Source of the DNA: Escherichia coli
GTDB lineage: Bacteria > Pseudomonadota > Gammaproteobacteria > Enterobacterales > Enterobacteriaceae
Assembly (NCBI RefSeq): GCF_030013595.1
Contig: NZ_CP122768.1
DNA: 64,000 bases
Reading direction: 5' to 3' (one strand)
Shown one piece after another: positions 29,051-40,958 of the stretch. Each line of letters opens with the position of its first letter. The stretch's first letter is position 1. Position numbers and translations under genes: made by a program. Below the pieces are notes generated by a model, which searched no databases, was not told where the DNA came from, and saw nothing but the letters and a program-made list of their open reading frames with translations.

Positions 29051-29311
29051 GAGAATAATACCTCCTGGGTAAGTGAGCAGATACTTTCAGCGCCTCCGAA
29101 AGATGTAAATATTCGACTTGGAGTCGGTTCTTTAGAAGGTACAACCGTCTCACATGTTCAGCGATTGCATCATTCGTTAATCGCAGCTGGTTTGGAAAGT
29201 AACCTCACTGTCTATACCGGTGGTCACGATTATGCCTGGTGGCGCGGAGCAATTATTGATGAATTAGCAAATTATAATTGCAGGAAGGTATCAAATAATA
29301 ACTCTGTGTAA
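29051..29311 (+). pseudogene. C-terminal fragment of an alpha/beta-hydrolase esterase (Fes/IroD/IroE-like), truncated by IS1
   Basis: Open frame continues straight out of the IS1 right end; ...LTVYTGGHDYAWWRGAIIDELANY resembles enterochelin-esterase-family C-termini. Confidence 0.35.
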
Positions 29312-29452
29312 AATATCGTTTTATCGTCAGATAACTCTTTCTGCAATATTATTATGGGAGACTATCTCATTTATTTAGTGATGTCCTTCATTTATGTGAT
29401 GAAGGACATTATATTACTCATAACATTTCTCGTTGAAAATTTCAGCAATACG

Positions 29453-30577
29453 CTACAATTGTTTCCCGTTGTTTTTTAATTTTCTCATCAAAACCTCTGC
29501 AATCTCTGCAGGACTGGGTTGTTCAGCCATTTCAGCGGCTACCTGATCTGAACAGAAGCGTAGTGAATCATCATAAAGAAGGCGATTTACCAAATCACTG
29601 GTCAGTCCATGCTTGTCCGGAATAATCCCACACCCACGCTTCGCAACAATTTCTGCATTAACAGAGCGATCTGCACCTTCGCCAAACACAATCTGTGGTA
29701 TTCCACTATACAGCGCTGTCAGGGTATTACCTGCGCCACCGTGATGAATAAATCCATCAGCTCCATTAAGGAATACACCCATAGGTATCCAGTCAACCAG
29801 ACGTACATTTGATGGTAGTTTTCGTAAACCAGTACGAGCATTTATTGCAAGTTGCAAAATGATATCAGCATCAACTTCATTTGCAGAATCCATAACCCAT
29901 GAAATCAGCTCCAGACCATCAACCATTGGTTTTACAGTGCCAAGGCTGATAAGTAAACGTTTCCGATCAGAATCCCTGTCCCACCATGTTTCCTTTACAG
30001 CACCTCCGTTATAAGGAATATATCTCATTGAGATAACCGGTTCTCCAGCATTTTTAAGAATGCTCATACTTGGGGGAGCAACATCAATCCATGCTAAATC
30101 ACATAGTGGACCGCTGACTCCATGCCGCCTGTAAGCATTGCTTAAAGAACGGTTTAACATCTGAATATGGGCAGATGTATGCGCGAATCCAACAGCCAGC
30201 ATCACTGAAGGAATTCTATATTTAGCAGCAACCAATGGGCCTGCCGGATCAAGAGGGGGATAGACTATTAAATCTGGCCTCCATTTTCCTGCAAAATCGA
30301 TGAGGTTATCTGCCATTTCATCGCTAAAAAAAGAGAAATGACCAATAATATTACTTTTTTTCCTCAACTCTTCCTGATGGCGATATCCAGCCTCTGAATC
30401 TAAACCTGGAACTGCATCAAAAACAACCAGTCCAGCTTCTGCTGCTTTATTCGCGAATTTGCCAGCGCTACTAATTACTACATCATGTCCAATTACACGA
30501 AAGGCCTGAGCCAGAGAAATCAATGGGTATAACAAACCGTACAGCGGTGGGCCAATAAAAAGAATACGTTTTCGCAT
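29453..30577 (-). CDS. iroB: Enterobactin C-glucosyltransferase (salmochelin synthesis), orphan copy
   Basis: 374 aa; MRKRILFIGPPLYGLLYPLISLAQAFRVIGHDVVISSAGKFANKAAEAGLVVFDAVPGLDSEAGYRHQE... and GT-B C-terminus HHGGAGNTLTAL match my recollection of IroB along the whole length; no iroCDEN nearby. Confidence 0.8.
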   Translation of the reverse strand: MRKRILFIGPPLYGLLYPLISLAQAFRVIGHDVVISSAGKFANKAAEAGLVVFDAVPGLDSEAGYRHQEELRKKSNIIGHFSFFSDEMADNLIDFAGKWRPDLIVYPPLDPAGPLVAAKYRIPSVMLAVGFAHTSAHIQMLNRSLSNAYRRHGVSGPLCDLAWIDVAPPSMSILKNAGEPVISMRYIPYNGGAVKETWWDRDSDRKRLLISLGTVKPMVDGLELISWVMDSANEVDADIILQLAINARTGLRKLPSNVRLVDWIPMGVFLNGADGFIHHGGAGNTLTALYSGIPQIVFGEGADRSVNAEIVAKRGCGIIPDKHGLTSDLVNRLLYDDSLRFCSDQVAAEMAEQPSPAEIAEVLMRKLKNNGKQL

Positions 30578-31306
30578 TAAAAAAGTCCGTCTTCTGCTTA
30601 CCTGTTTATTTTTCTATCTCTAAGAAAACATAATTAATATTATTTTTATGTGAGCTTATGCACAAAAATAACCAAGTATATTATCTTCTGGTAGAGATTC
30701 AGGATACAGTTTGTAGGAGCTTTCTTTTTTGAACAATGATTTGCAGGACAGTTATGCTAAACTAGCGGAATCAGTATCACAACAATAAATGACTGATCAT
30801 ACCTGAAATTTGAATTAACAGGCATCATGAATGTCAATAGTCTAAGCGGTGACTACTTATATCGCTTGCATAAATACTAAACACTGACTAGAAAAGTATT
30901 GGATAACCCCGTCACTAAAAGTAACGCTTCGGTTATTTGCTCGGAATGTATTAACGCCAAGATTGTTAGCCGTTACGCCTTATATCACTGGCGCTGACAA
31001 ATGTTTCTTTTCTAATTTACTGAACCGGCGCAGACACGCAGGAAAGCACGCCGGCACCGGTGTAATGCCAGTTCTAATCAATAAGAATGGAATGACGAAT
31101 CAGTCAGGAAGGGATAACAACCCGCTGCTGAACGGAAGGTATCAGCAGGAAGATGAACGGGAATATCGCCAGCACCAAGGGCAGGGCCGGGTTCCACAAT
31201 ACCAGCGCTGGCATTTTGCACATTGCCAGCGTACCGGCATTACAACACGTTTCATGCTGCTGCCCCCCAGGATTCCTCGATTCGTTGCTACATCCACTGC
31301 TCTACT

Positions 31307-31504
31307 TCACTTCCACTGCTCCACTTCACTTTTGTACCAGCGGCTGCTGCGCCCCAGTTTGATGGGTTTAGGGAAATGGCCTTCACTGATCAACTTGTAA
31401 AACCATTTGTCGGTCATACCGGTGAAACTGGTGATATAGTTCATGTCGATCAGGGAATTATCGGCACGCAGAAATACGCTGTCGTGGCTTGTTGTAGTCA
31501 ACAT
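31307..31504 (-). CDS. AlpA-family phage regulatory protein (excisionase-like DNA binding)
   Basis: 65 aa; ...YKLISEGHFPKPIKLGRSSRWYKSEVEQW matches the AlpA motif (F-P-K-P-x-K-L-G...W...EV..W). Confidence 0.65.
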   Translation of the reverse strand: MLTTTSHDSVFLRADNSLIDMNYITSFTGMTDKWFYKLISEGHFPKPIKLGRSSRWYKSEVEQWK

Positions 31505-32989
31505 GGTCAGAATGTCCTGTGAGATTTATGAAGATTGTGCGAATGCGGGAAATCTACTGAGCTGTGCTTTCAGAACTGGCCTGTTACGGGATACCAGGGA
31601 TTACCGGCGGGGTAACGGGCTTCCGGATCATACACACCACGATTATCGCGGACAAAATCACTGAACGCCCATATCACCTCTTTAAGTATGTCTTCGCAGT
31701 CCGGTAAATGACGATCCAGCGCCACATCCCGGGTGGTACAGCTTTGATGCGCCCGGTGACACAAAGCCCGGATTGTTCCAGACATCCTGAATCAAACGCC
31801 CCAGATTAGGGGCGTCGAAATATGCCTCTCTGACCATTATATTCCGGCGTATAGGTAGCAGGTCTGAAGTGACAATGCGTCACCTGACGTTAAAAGTCAC
31901 CCAAGATGACCCCAGTGGGGGCAACAAGTATAAAACCGTTTTTTGATTAAGTGGTCGGATATGAAAAGGGGAAGGTTTATGTGAAAAATACCTGTGTTTT
32001 CTTTGAAAACACACAACAGTATCAGGTTATTTATGTTTATACAGTGCGTTCCAAACTGACCTGAATAATTACGCAAGTTGCAACAATAAAACATTTTTGC
32101 CGTAGTGTGAGGTACTCCGGTAAATTGCTTCCCAGGTGCAGACAATGACTAACGAAGAACTACAGGCAATCGCATTATCCATGCTTGAGCGCCAGCGCGA
32201 AAAAGTACACCAGCAACGAGAGTCTTTGCTTAACCCATCTCCATTCACCAGGCCAAAACGATTGGAGCTTGAAGCATTCTTGGACAAATACCCACGGCGG
32301 CTTAAATCAGGCAAAACCAGACCACCAGGCTGATAGCTCACAGTTTGTTCTCCGATTCAATAAAACGGATAAGAACCATCAGCGCGGTAGCGTAAGGCAC
32401 TACAGCGCATTGCTTTACGAGTAATAACAATGGATTTATCACCAGAAGACGCAAAGTTTTTACGAGAACTGCAACATCGTATGCTCAGAGAAGCCATTAT
32501 CGAACAGCAAACGGGCATGAGCGCCATAGACCCATTGCGATACAAACGGGCCTCATCTCCTTTAGTTGACGACAATTCCAATGCGGATAAAACACGTCCA
32601 CCACACTGATTACATTTTTCATTAGCACAGTGGTGTGATGCAGCATACGAGGAAAACCGGATGAATGAGAACAAAATAAAAAGGCTGGAGCAACTGTTAC
32701 AGGCACGCCAACGGGAGTTTGCCACTAAATGGGGACGTGCCGCGCTGCCACATGAACGCCTAACCTATTTTCCACTTGAAGACCTCATTAAAAATAATGG
32801 CAAAAAAATCAGGTCTGATAAGAAACACTTCTTAGAATGCAATGAAGACAAATAACAACAATCTGCATATTGCCACCAACCACAGATGTGGCATCGTTAT
32901 CAGCGCACTTGATTTTCTTTATATCCACTGACGAGTTTGCCGGTCATTCTGGTATCATGCAGATATTTACGGCGTACAAGCACACTAGC

Positions 32990-33540
32990 ATGACATTGTA
33001 ATAAGGCCTGAGCCTAACGCTTTAATGTGTGTCATACACTCAGTGGCGTAATCGTTGACAATATGGTGCATGTAATCGTAAGCGTCCAGCGAAATCCATC
33101 TGGTCATAATCTGAAGCATCCGACAAAGTGGTGTCCACCAAATAAGTGATCTGCGCCCAATATCCTGAGCCGGAACTTTGACAAAGGCCAACGAAAAATG
33201 GGAGCGGATGTTACAGAGTTCCCGGTACAGGGGAAAAGTGGTACCTGTCGCCAGTTCTCCGATCTGTTTAACCGGGAAATTATCTCCTACAGCTTGTCAG
33301 AAAGGTCGGTGATGGAGCATCGTTAATACGATGCTATACGATGCATTCACAGTGCCCGGCCAGAGGATGCCCCGTCGCTGCATATGGATCAGGGTTGGCA
33401 ATATCGAATTGCAGGCTATAGGCAAAGTTAAAGCCCCATGGAGTAGCACAAAATATGCCGCACAAAGGAAACGGTCTGAATAACGCAGTGATGAAGAACT
33501 TCTTCAGCACACTGCTAAAACGCATAGTGATCGAGCGCTG
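32990..33540 (-). pseudogene. IS3-family transposase debris (several frames, both strands)
   Basis: Plus-strand frame ends ...NGLNNAVMKNFFSTLLKRIVIER (IS3-family C-terminus) near 33530; other short transposase-like stretches nearby; no intact ORF. Confidence 0.4.
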
Positions 33541-36205
33541 ATTCTGGCGAACAACTGAACTAATACATCAGAATCTGCATTATGTTAAATAAATATAAAA
33601 AGATGGTTTAAATACCCCGTTACTTTTGACTTACACTATACGGTATCGCATCGTTTAATATTCGCACCGGCCAGATTTTTATTTCTATTAGTTGTCACAA
33701 TACTGAATGCGTACGACCACAGTATTCTGGCTCCTGTGTGGTTATGCTTTAATTCTGCGTTCCGGGCAGATAAGCAGTTGCTTGCAGGAATCCTTCTTGT
33801 GTTAATGTCAGTTCCCCTTTTACCAGTGCTGATTTCCACATTCCGTCCAACAGAGCTTATAGCCTTTCCCTGGATTATAGCATTGTCCGGCTGAAGTTCT
33901 TTTTGAATAATAATAGAAGCACTGCTGGCAGATCCAGTCCGTTTTTCATAACCCACTGTACTGATAACCATAATCTAATCAGTAGAAATTGAGTCGAAAA
34001 TAAGCACTACTCCATACAGGATAATTAGAGGTCAGTTTGATTATTCACAATTCATCATCAGCATTTTCTATTTCTGACGAAATCAATATGAAAATAACCA
34101 TATATGATAATTATTATAATAACGGCTTTAATTGGAATACATATATTACAACGTATTATATATAATTGGTATTCTGGGAACTATATTCTCAAAATACAGT
34201 AGAAACGAGGTATGTTTCTGGTGGAAAGGACAGTGGGATTAAAAAGTAAGAATTGATAAAAAAAACGCCAGCAACACATAGTGCCGGCGGAGGGAATACC
34301 CCATGGAGAAAATGTGATGCCTAGAGCATCATGAATATATAATTAAAAATAGTTAGCGTTGTCAATACTTTCACAAAAATAATTTTCGTAGTATAGAAAG
34401 ATATTTTTATGCATGACCTACCTGAATTTGCTCCGGGTAGAGGTTATAAATAAAAATTGAATCACGACAAACACAATATTCATAGTATGGCGATGCCTAC
34501 GCCAGCAAGAATAGCGCCAATAATATTGGGAATATAATAGACACCAGACGCACAGGCATCTCACTCCTTAACAAACAACAATCAGGATATTTACTTTTAC
34601 CAAGCTAACTGTTTACACCCAAAGTACACACAATTAACCATTCAATAACAAATGGCAATATCCATAGCCATACGACTTTACCTTGTAATGTTCGGTATTT
34701 CTTTATAATTATTCTGGGAAATCTAACATTTATTTTTAAAATCAAATTATCTTGTTGTTTAAAAATAAGTTCACATACTTTATCATCTTCTTCCGCCATC
34801 AACATCTCTGCATACTTAAACATTTCAGAACGTTCCTTTAGCACAGAAGAGTAATTATATGTCCAGTTCCCAGGCAATAATGCTTATGGATATTTAATTC
34901 ATAATTTAGAGAATATTTTGCAATAATATTTGGCAGTATTCAGAAATACCTGAAAAATCATACTATACAGCCCTAGGGAATGGATAAAGATTCTAACAAA
35001 GCATTTCAACAATATATACTTGTTAAAAATCCATATCGAAATGCCGTTGCAGCATTAATATATGCCTCATTCATAAAATGTAAAAGAGCAAGCTCGTACC
35101 AGTAGGGGGGAAATTCATTGACATGTCCTGTCAATACGTACAGAGCCCTGCCATGCTTGCCAGCACGTAACAATTCCGCCCCCAGTAACCAGCGTGTTCC
35201 CTGATTATTCTCAGGGTTATATGTTAGTATTTTATCAATGAGTATAACGGCATCCTGATGACGCTGTAAATGAACATTCGCCAGAATTGCAGCATAAAGA
35301 GCGCAAATGCATATGCCAGATGAGCGTGAATATCAATGATGTCAGGAGCATGTCAGGCAAGACGCCTGAGTTTGTTGACGTAATTTGTTTCGTTTATTTC
35401 ATCACTATCGTATGCGTCAAGAGTTTTTTCAAACTCATCCCGAAATGGGCCAAGCCTGGTTTCAGGAAATAAGAAATACCCTTGGTTATTGTTCACTTAA
35501 AAGTATAATTTGTAATTCAAATCCTGAGCCTGTAAAGCGGGGAGTAACATATTCTATTCTGAAGAGAATAAAAGTCGTGATGCGATGTATCAAGCCCGGA
35601 TTGTAATCCCAGATTAACATAGATCACAAAACAACTTATTCTTCACTAACGTCAAGATAAATATCGTTGTATGCCTTATCACGACTACGAATACCAGCAA
35701 GATACAACTGACATACGGAAAGATACCACGTTTTTTACTCCCGAAAATAACGCTAAAAAGCTACTTCCCCATCGTTTGTCCTTAGTATTGCCAGCGCCAA
35801 CAATGTGGGCTGACATGATAAAGCTGTCTAGGAAATTGTTCGCCTCCTCAGCGGACAATCCAAATGGTGATTGTCTCTGTTAAACGTTTATTTTGAAGGT
35901 CGACTGAATAAGGTGATGACGCTGTAGAATTTTTCACGTGCCACAGAATTTTGAACGCTTTCTCTTACAATATTTCAATGTTTCTATCAGTATTCGCCGG
36001 AAGAAGTCATCGACCAAATCATCCCAGTCGTCTCGCATCACTGACCATTCATGGTTGACATGTGGTGGAAATCCGCTTCTACAGTAACCATTTTTTATTC
36101 GCAAAACCGAACACGCCATACGGATAGCTGTTAACTGGCATGCCGAGGCAGTCGTTATTTATATTTGGTTTTGTCAATAATCTTTATTTTTTGTAAAAGG
36201 CAAAT

Positions 36206-36224
36206 ATAAATTATTCTCATTATT
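36206..36224 (+). promoter_or_regulatory. Candidate Fur box upstream of iha
   Basis: ATAAATTATTCTCATTATT matches the 19-bp Fur consensus GATAATGATAATCATTATC at roughly 12 positions by eye; ~50 bp upstream of the iha start. Confidence 0.4.
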
Positions 36225-36275
36225 GTTTGTATTTGTGTATTGTCTTGCCGGTTAACATGATCGGAGATTAGTAAT

Positions 36276-38366
36276 ATGCGAATAACCACTCTGGCTTCCG
36301 TAGTCATTCCCTGTCTCGGATTTTCAGCCAGCAGCATAGCTGCTGCAGAGGATGTGATGATTGTCTCGGCATCCGGCTATGAGAAAAAGCTGACTAACGC
36401 AGCCGCCAGTGTTTCTGTGATTAGCCAGGAGGAATTGCAGTCCAGCCAGTACCACGATCTGGCGGAGGCTCTGAGATCAGTAGAGGGTGTGGATGTTGAA
36501 AGTGGTACGGGTAAAACCGGAGGGCTGGAAATCAGCATCCGAGGAATGCCAGCCAGTTACACGCTGATACTGATTGATGGTGTTCGTCAGGGCGGAAGCA
36601 GTGACGTGACTCCCAACGGTTTTTCTGCCATGAATACCGGGTTCATGCCCCCTCTGGCCGCCATTGAGCGTATTGAGGTTATCAGGGGGCCGATGTCCAC
36701 ACTGTATGGCTCTGATGCGATGGGCGGTGTGGTGAATATCATTACCAGAAAGAATGCAGACAAATGGCTCTCTTCCGTCAATGCAGGGCTGAATCTGCAG
36801 GAAAGCAACAAATGGGGTAACAGCAGCCAGTTTAATTTCTGGAGCAGTGGTCCCCTTGTGGATGATTCTGTCAGCCTGCAGGTACGCGGTAGCACACAAC
36901 AGCGTCAGGGTTCATCGGTCACATCACTGAGCGATACAGCAGCCACGCGTATTCCTTATCCCACGGAGTCACAGAATTATAATCTTGGTGCACGTCTTGA
37001 CTGGAAGGCGTCGGAGCAGGATGTGCTCTGGTTTGATATGGATACCACCCGGCAGCGTTATGATAACCGGGATGGGCAACTGGGGAGTCTGACGGGGGGA
37101 TATGACCGGACCCTGCGCTATGAGCGAAACAAAATTTCAGCTGGCTATGATCATACTTTCACCTTCGGAACATGGAAATCGTATCTGAACTGGAACGAGA
37201 CAGAAAATAAAGGTCGTGAGCTTGTACGCAGTGTACTGAAGCGCGACAAATGGGGGCTTGCCGGTCAGCCGCGGGAGCTTAAGGAATCGAACCTTATCCT
37301 GAATTCATTACTGCTTACCCCTCTGGGAGAATCTCATCTGGTTACGGTGGGGGGCGAGTTTCAGAGCTCGTCCATGAAAGACGGAGTTGTCCTTGCCAGC
37401 ACAGGTGAAACTTTCCGGCAGAAAAGCTGGTCGGTATTTGCTGAGGATGAGTGGCATCTCACGGATGCACTTGCGCTGACTGCGGGCAGCCGCTATGAAC
37501 ATCATGAGCAATTCGGGGGACACTTCAGTCCGCGTGCATATCTGGTCTGGGATGTGGCAGATGCCTGGACGCTGAAAGGCGGTGTGACCACGGGATATAA
37601 GGCACCCAGAATGGGGCAGCTACATAAAGGGATTAGTGGTGTGTCCGGGCAGGGAAAAACAAATCTACTTGGTAACCCCGACCTGAAGCCGGAAGAGAGC
37701 GTCAGTTATGAGGCTGGGGTGTATTACGATAACCCCGCCGGTCTGAATGCCAATGTCACAGGTTTTATGACTGACTTCTCCAACAAGATTGTCTCTTATT
37801 CCATAAATGATAACACCAATAGCTATGTAAACAGCGGAAAGGCCCGGTTGCACGGTGTGGAATTTGCCGGCACATTGCCGCTGTGGTCAGAGGATGTCAC
37901 GCTGTCACTGAATTACACCTGGACCCGAAGTGAACAACGTGATGGTGATAACAAAGGTGCGCCGCTGAGTTATACCCCTGAACACATGGTGAATGCGAAA
38001 CTGAACTGGCAGATCACCGAAGAGGTGGCATCATGGCTGGGTGCCCGTTATCGCGGGAAAACACCACGTTTCACCCAGAATTATTCGTCACTGAGCGCTG
38101 TACAGAAGAAAGTGTATGATGAGAAAGGAGAATACCTGAAAGCCTGGACGGTGGTGGATGCAGGTCTGTCGTGGAAGATGACGGATGCCCTGACGCTGAA
38201 TGCTGCGGTGAATAACCTGCTCAACAAGGATTACAGTGACGTGAGCCTGTACAGTGCCGGTAAGAGTACGCTGTATGCCGGTGATTACTTCCAGACGGGA
38301 TCATCAACAACAGGATATGTGATACCTGAGCGAAATTACTGGATGTCGCTGAACTATCAGTTCTGA
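36276..38366 (+). CDS. iha: TonB-dependent outer-membrane siderophore receptor / adhesin (IrgA homologue adhesin)
   Basis: 696 aa; signal peptide; plug-domain and 22-strand barrel features; C-terminal ...YWMSLNYQF aromatic end; length and sequence match recalled Iha. Confidence 0.8.
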   Translation: MRITTLASVVIPCLGFSASSIAAAEDVMIVSASGYEKKLTNAAASVSVISQEELQSSQYHDLAEALRSVEGVDVESGTGKTGGLEISIRGMPASYTLILIDGVRQGGSSDVTPNGFSAMNTGFMPPLAAIERIEVIRGPMSTLYGSDAMGGVVNIITRKNADKWLSSVNAGLNLQESNKWGNSSQFNFWSSGPLVDDSVSLQVRGSTQQRQGSSVTSLSDTAATRIPYPTESQNYNLGARLDWKASEQDVLWFDMDTTRQRYDNRDGQLGSLTGGYDRTLRYERNKISAGYDHTFTFGTWKSYLNWNETENKGRELVRSVLKRDKWGLAGQPRELKESNLILNSLLLTPLGESHLVTVGGEFQSSSMKDGVVLASTGETFRQKSWSVFAEDEWHLTDALALTAGSRYEHHEQFGGHFSPRAYLVWDVADAWTLKGGVTTGYKAPRMGQLHKGISGVSGQGKTNLLGNPDLKPEESVSYEAGVYYDNPAGLNANVTGFMTDFSNKIVSYSINDNTNSYVNSGKARLHGVEFAGTLPLWSEDVTLSLNYTWTRSEQRDGDNKGAPLSYTPEHMVNAKLNWQITEEVASWLGARYRGKTPRFTQNYSSLSAVQKKVYDEKGEYLKAWTVVDAGLSWKMTDALTLNAAVNNLLNKDYSDVSLYSAGKSTLYAGDYFQTGSSTTGYVIPERNYWMSLNYQF

Positions 38367-38395
38367 TAATAACAAAACGCTATCACTGACGGTAG

Positions 38396-38440
38396 AATAC
38401 GTTGCCACTGCAACTCCTGGCGGAACAGTGGCAACGTATT
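38396..38440 (+). terminator. 15-bp perfect inverted repeat 30 bp after iha stop (stem-loop, no T-tract)
   Basis: AATACGTTGCCACTG - 15 nt loop - CAGTGGCAACGTATT. Confidence 0.5.
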
Positions 38441-38879
38441 AGGTTAAGTGCATTTCCGATCCGCTAATGAGATTTCGTTACCAACAACTAATATCGTCAC
38501 AGGAAATGCACGGATTATTTTTAACTTATCATTTACATACTTGTCCAGAGTGTAAGCGCACCGTGAAGGACGTGGGGTAAAAATTAGTTTACAGAGAGAG
38601 TGACGTTCCAGGGCAACAACTCTTTCATGCGGTTGGCAGGCCAGGTGTTGATTACACTGATCACGTGGCGTAGCCACGTTTCCGGCTCGATTCCGTTAAG
38701 TTTTGCAGCTACCGATCAGGCTGTACATCACTGCCGCACTATCGCTCGTCATCTCAAAGTCCGGTCTCGTCAGCAGGAAGGTATCATTCTCTCCCGCCAT
38801 TTTTCCAGGGGCCCGGTCAGATAAGTCCCTTTGTCTATCGCTGACTCCTGACTCATAACCCGGTTAGCAGAATGCAGGG

Positions 38880-39266
38880 TCACCACCTCGCCACGACCAA
38901 ATCCAAATAAGTCAATTGCACCTTCTCAATCGCCATTTTGTCAGTAAGCGTACAGCCTGAACTGATGGTATCTTCACCATCAATGACAACGGTGATCGCA
39001 ATTTTACTGACGTTCGCCGGAACACGATCCAGTGCTATCTCAATGCTGGCCTGCTGCGAACCGGTAACGAGCCTGACTGCCCCCTCAGGAGAAGACAAAT
39101 TATTATAAAAGATAAAGTCAGAATCGCCACTGACCTTTCCCTGAGCATTAAGCATGAACAGGCAGGTATCGGGTTCGCCTTTAAAGCCGGATTTGGCAGG
39201 GTACTGAAGATTCAGCCTGATCGTAGATTGCTGAAGGGGTATGTTTTGTCCGGATTGTAAATTCAT
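38880..39266 (-). pseudogene. terF: TerF-like TerD-domain protein, truncated (N-terminal 128 codons only)
   Basis: MNLQSGQNIPLQQSTIRLNLQYP... parallels the TerA N-terminus; ORF is far shorter than a full ter-family protein of this type and is followed by non-coding debris. Confidence 0.5.
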
Positions 39267-39646
39267 ATTAACTCTCCTGATTTTTGATTATTATTAATGC
39301 GCAGCGTTTATATATGTTCCCTAGGCTTAGTTCTGGACGCTGGATATTCGGTGAGGCGTAAATATGGTATGACACCATTTTTCATAACGCTGAAGTTTCT
39401 ATACCTGTTGAATTTGAATTTTCATTGACCGGGTATCTTATTTTCCAGGGCCCGTTCCTTCATAAGTCGCAAAAGTAACATATATCCGAAGGGCATGCTG
39501 TTGATATCAGACACGGAATACTGGCTTTAACCAGCAACCACAGATAAACCCGGGGCCTGCATAAAAGGTTCATGCCAGAATTAACATAGCTCTGCTTTCT
39601 GCCCCCCCCTTTCCCATATTCACCCGTTGATAGCGGATCGATACCC

Positions 39647-39671
39647 AAAAAAAACCCCGGCATTGCCGGGG
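39647..39671 (-). terminator. Rho-independent terminator after terE
   Basis: On minus strand: GC-rich hairpin CCCCGGCAATGCCGGGG followed by TTTTTTTT, 17 bp after the terE stop. Confidence 0.7.
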
Positions 39672-39687
39672 TCAGACTCAGCGTCTT

Positions 39688-40263
39688 TTAGACATTGACG
39701 CCGTGCTGGGAAGCAAGCGCTGACAGACCACCGGCAAAACCCTGGCCAACAGCTTTAAACTTCCACTCAGTACCATGGCGATACAGTTCACCGAAGACCA
39801 TTGCGGTTTCGGTTGAGGCGTCTTCAGACAGATCGAAACGGGCAATTTCCGTCCCGTTGTCGTTGTTGTAAACGCGCATGAAGCTGTTGCTCACCATGCC
39901 GAAGTTTTGTTTACGCGCTTCTGCATCATAGATGGTAACGGCAAATACCAGTTTTTTGATGTCTGCTGAGACTTTGGTCAGATCGATTTTGACCTGCTCA
40001 TCGTCGCCGTCGCCTTCACCGGTACGGTTGTCGCCCTGGTGCTCTACTGCGCCATCAGGGCTGGTTTTATTATTGAAGAAAATGAAATGGGCATCTGACA
40101 GTACTTTACCGTCTTCACCTACTGCGAATACGGAAGCGTCCAGATCAAAACCCTGACCATCGGTTACACGGGCATCCCAGCCCAGGCCAACCATAGCGAC
40201 ATTCATGGTTGGTGCTTCTTTGGTCAGAGATACGTTGCCGCCTTTTACGAGAGAAACTGCCAT
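39688..40263 (-). CDS. terE: Tellurium resistance protein TerE (TerD domain)
   Basis: Start at [18 protein letters not shown]; TerD-domain paralogue directly after terD. Confidence 0.8.
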   Translation of the reverse strand: MAVSLVKGGNVSLTKEAPTMNVAMVGLGWDARVTDGQGFDLDASVFAVGEDGKVLSDAHFIFFNNKTSPDGAVEHQGDNRTGEGDGDDEQVKIDLTKVSADIKKLVFAVTIYDAEARKQNFGMVSNSFMRVYNNDNGTEIARFDLSEDASTETAMVFGELYRHGTEWKFKAVGQGFAGGLSALASQHGVNV

Positions 40264-40331
40264 TTTTAGCTCCTGCAAACAGTTGAATGAGGCTGAATTA
40301 ACAGCCCCAGATATGAAAAGTTACTTTTCGA

Positions 40332-40910
40332 TCAGGACGCGTTAATGCCGTACTGAGCACATACAGATGCCAGACCACCAGCATAACCCTGGCCTACTGC
40401 GCGGAATTTCCACTCACCATTGTGGCGATACAGCTCGCCGAACAGCATGGCAGTCTCAGTGGACGCATCTTCGGTCAGATCGTAGCGAGCGACTTCAGTC
40501 TGGTTATCGTCATTAACCAGACGAATAAACGCACCGGATACCTGACCAAAGCTCTGGCGACGAGCCTGAGCATCGTGGATGGTCACAACGAAGATGATCT
40601 TGTCAACTTCAGACGGGACGGCGTCCAGTTTAATTTTCAGCGATTCATCATCACCATCGCCCTCACCGGTGCGGTTATCGCCGGTGTGCGTTACGGAACC
40701 GTCGGATGACGTCAGGTTGTTATAGAAGATGAAATCTGAATCGCCGCGCACTTTGCCGTTTGAGGCCAGCAGGAATGCTGAAGCATCCAGGTCAAAGTCC
40801 TGACCGTCTGTTGAACGCGCATCCCAGCCAAGGCCCACCAGGACATTTTTCATTGACGGAGCTGCTTTACTCAGGGAGACGTTCCCGCCTTTGGAAAGAG
40901 AAACACTCAT
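40332..40910 (-). CDS. terD: Tellurium resistance protein TerD
   Basis: 192 aa [32 protein letters not shown]...; canonical TerD. Confidence 0.85.
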   Translation of the reverse strand: MSVSLSKGGNVSLSKAAPSMKNVLVGLGWDARSTDGQDFDLDASAFLLASNGKVRGDSDFIFYNNLTSSDGSVTHTGDNRTGEGDGDDESLKIKLDAVPSEVDKIIFVVTIHDAQARRQSFGQVSGAFIRLVNDDNQTEVARYDLTEDASTETAMLFGELYRHNGEWKFRAVGQGYAGGLASVCAQYGINAS

Positions 40911-40958
40911 AAAATAACCTCTTCGATTAGTAATTGTTCAGGTTAACACTTAAGGGGA

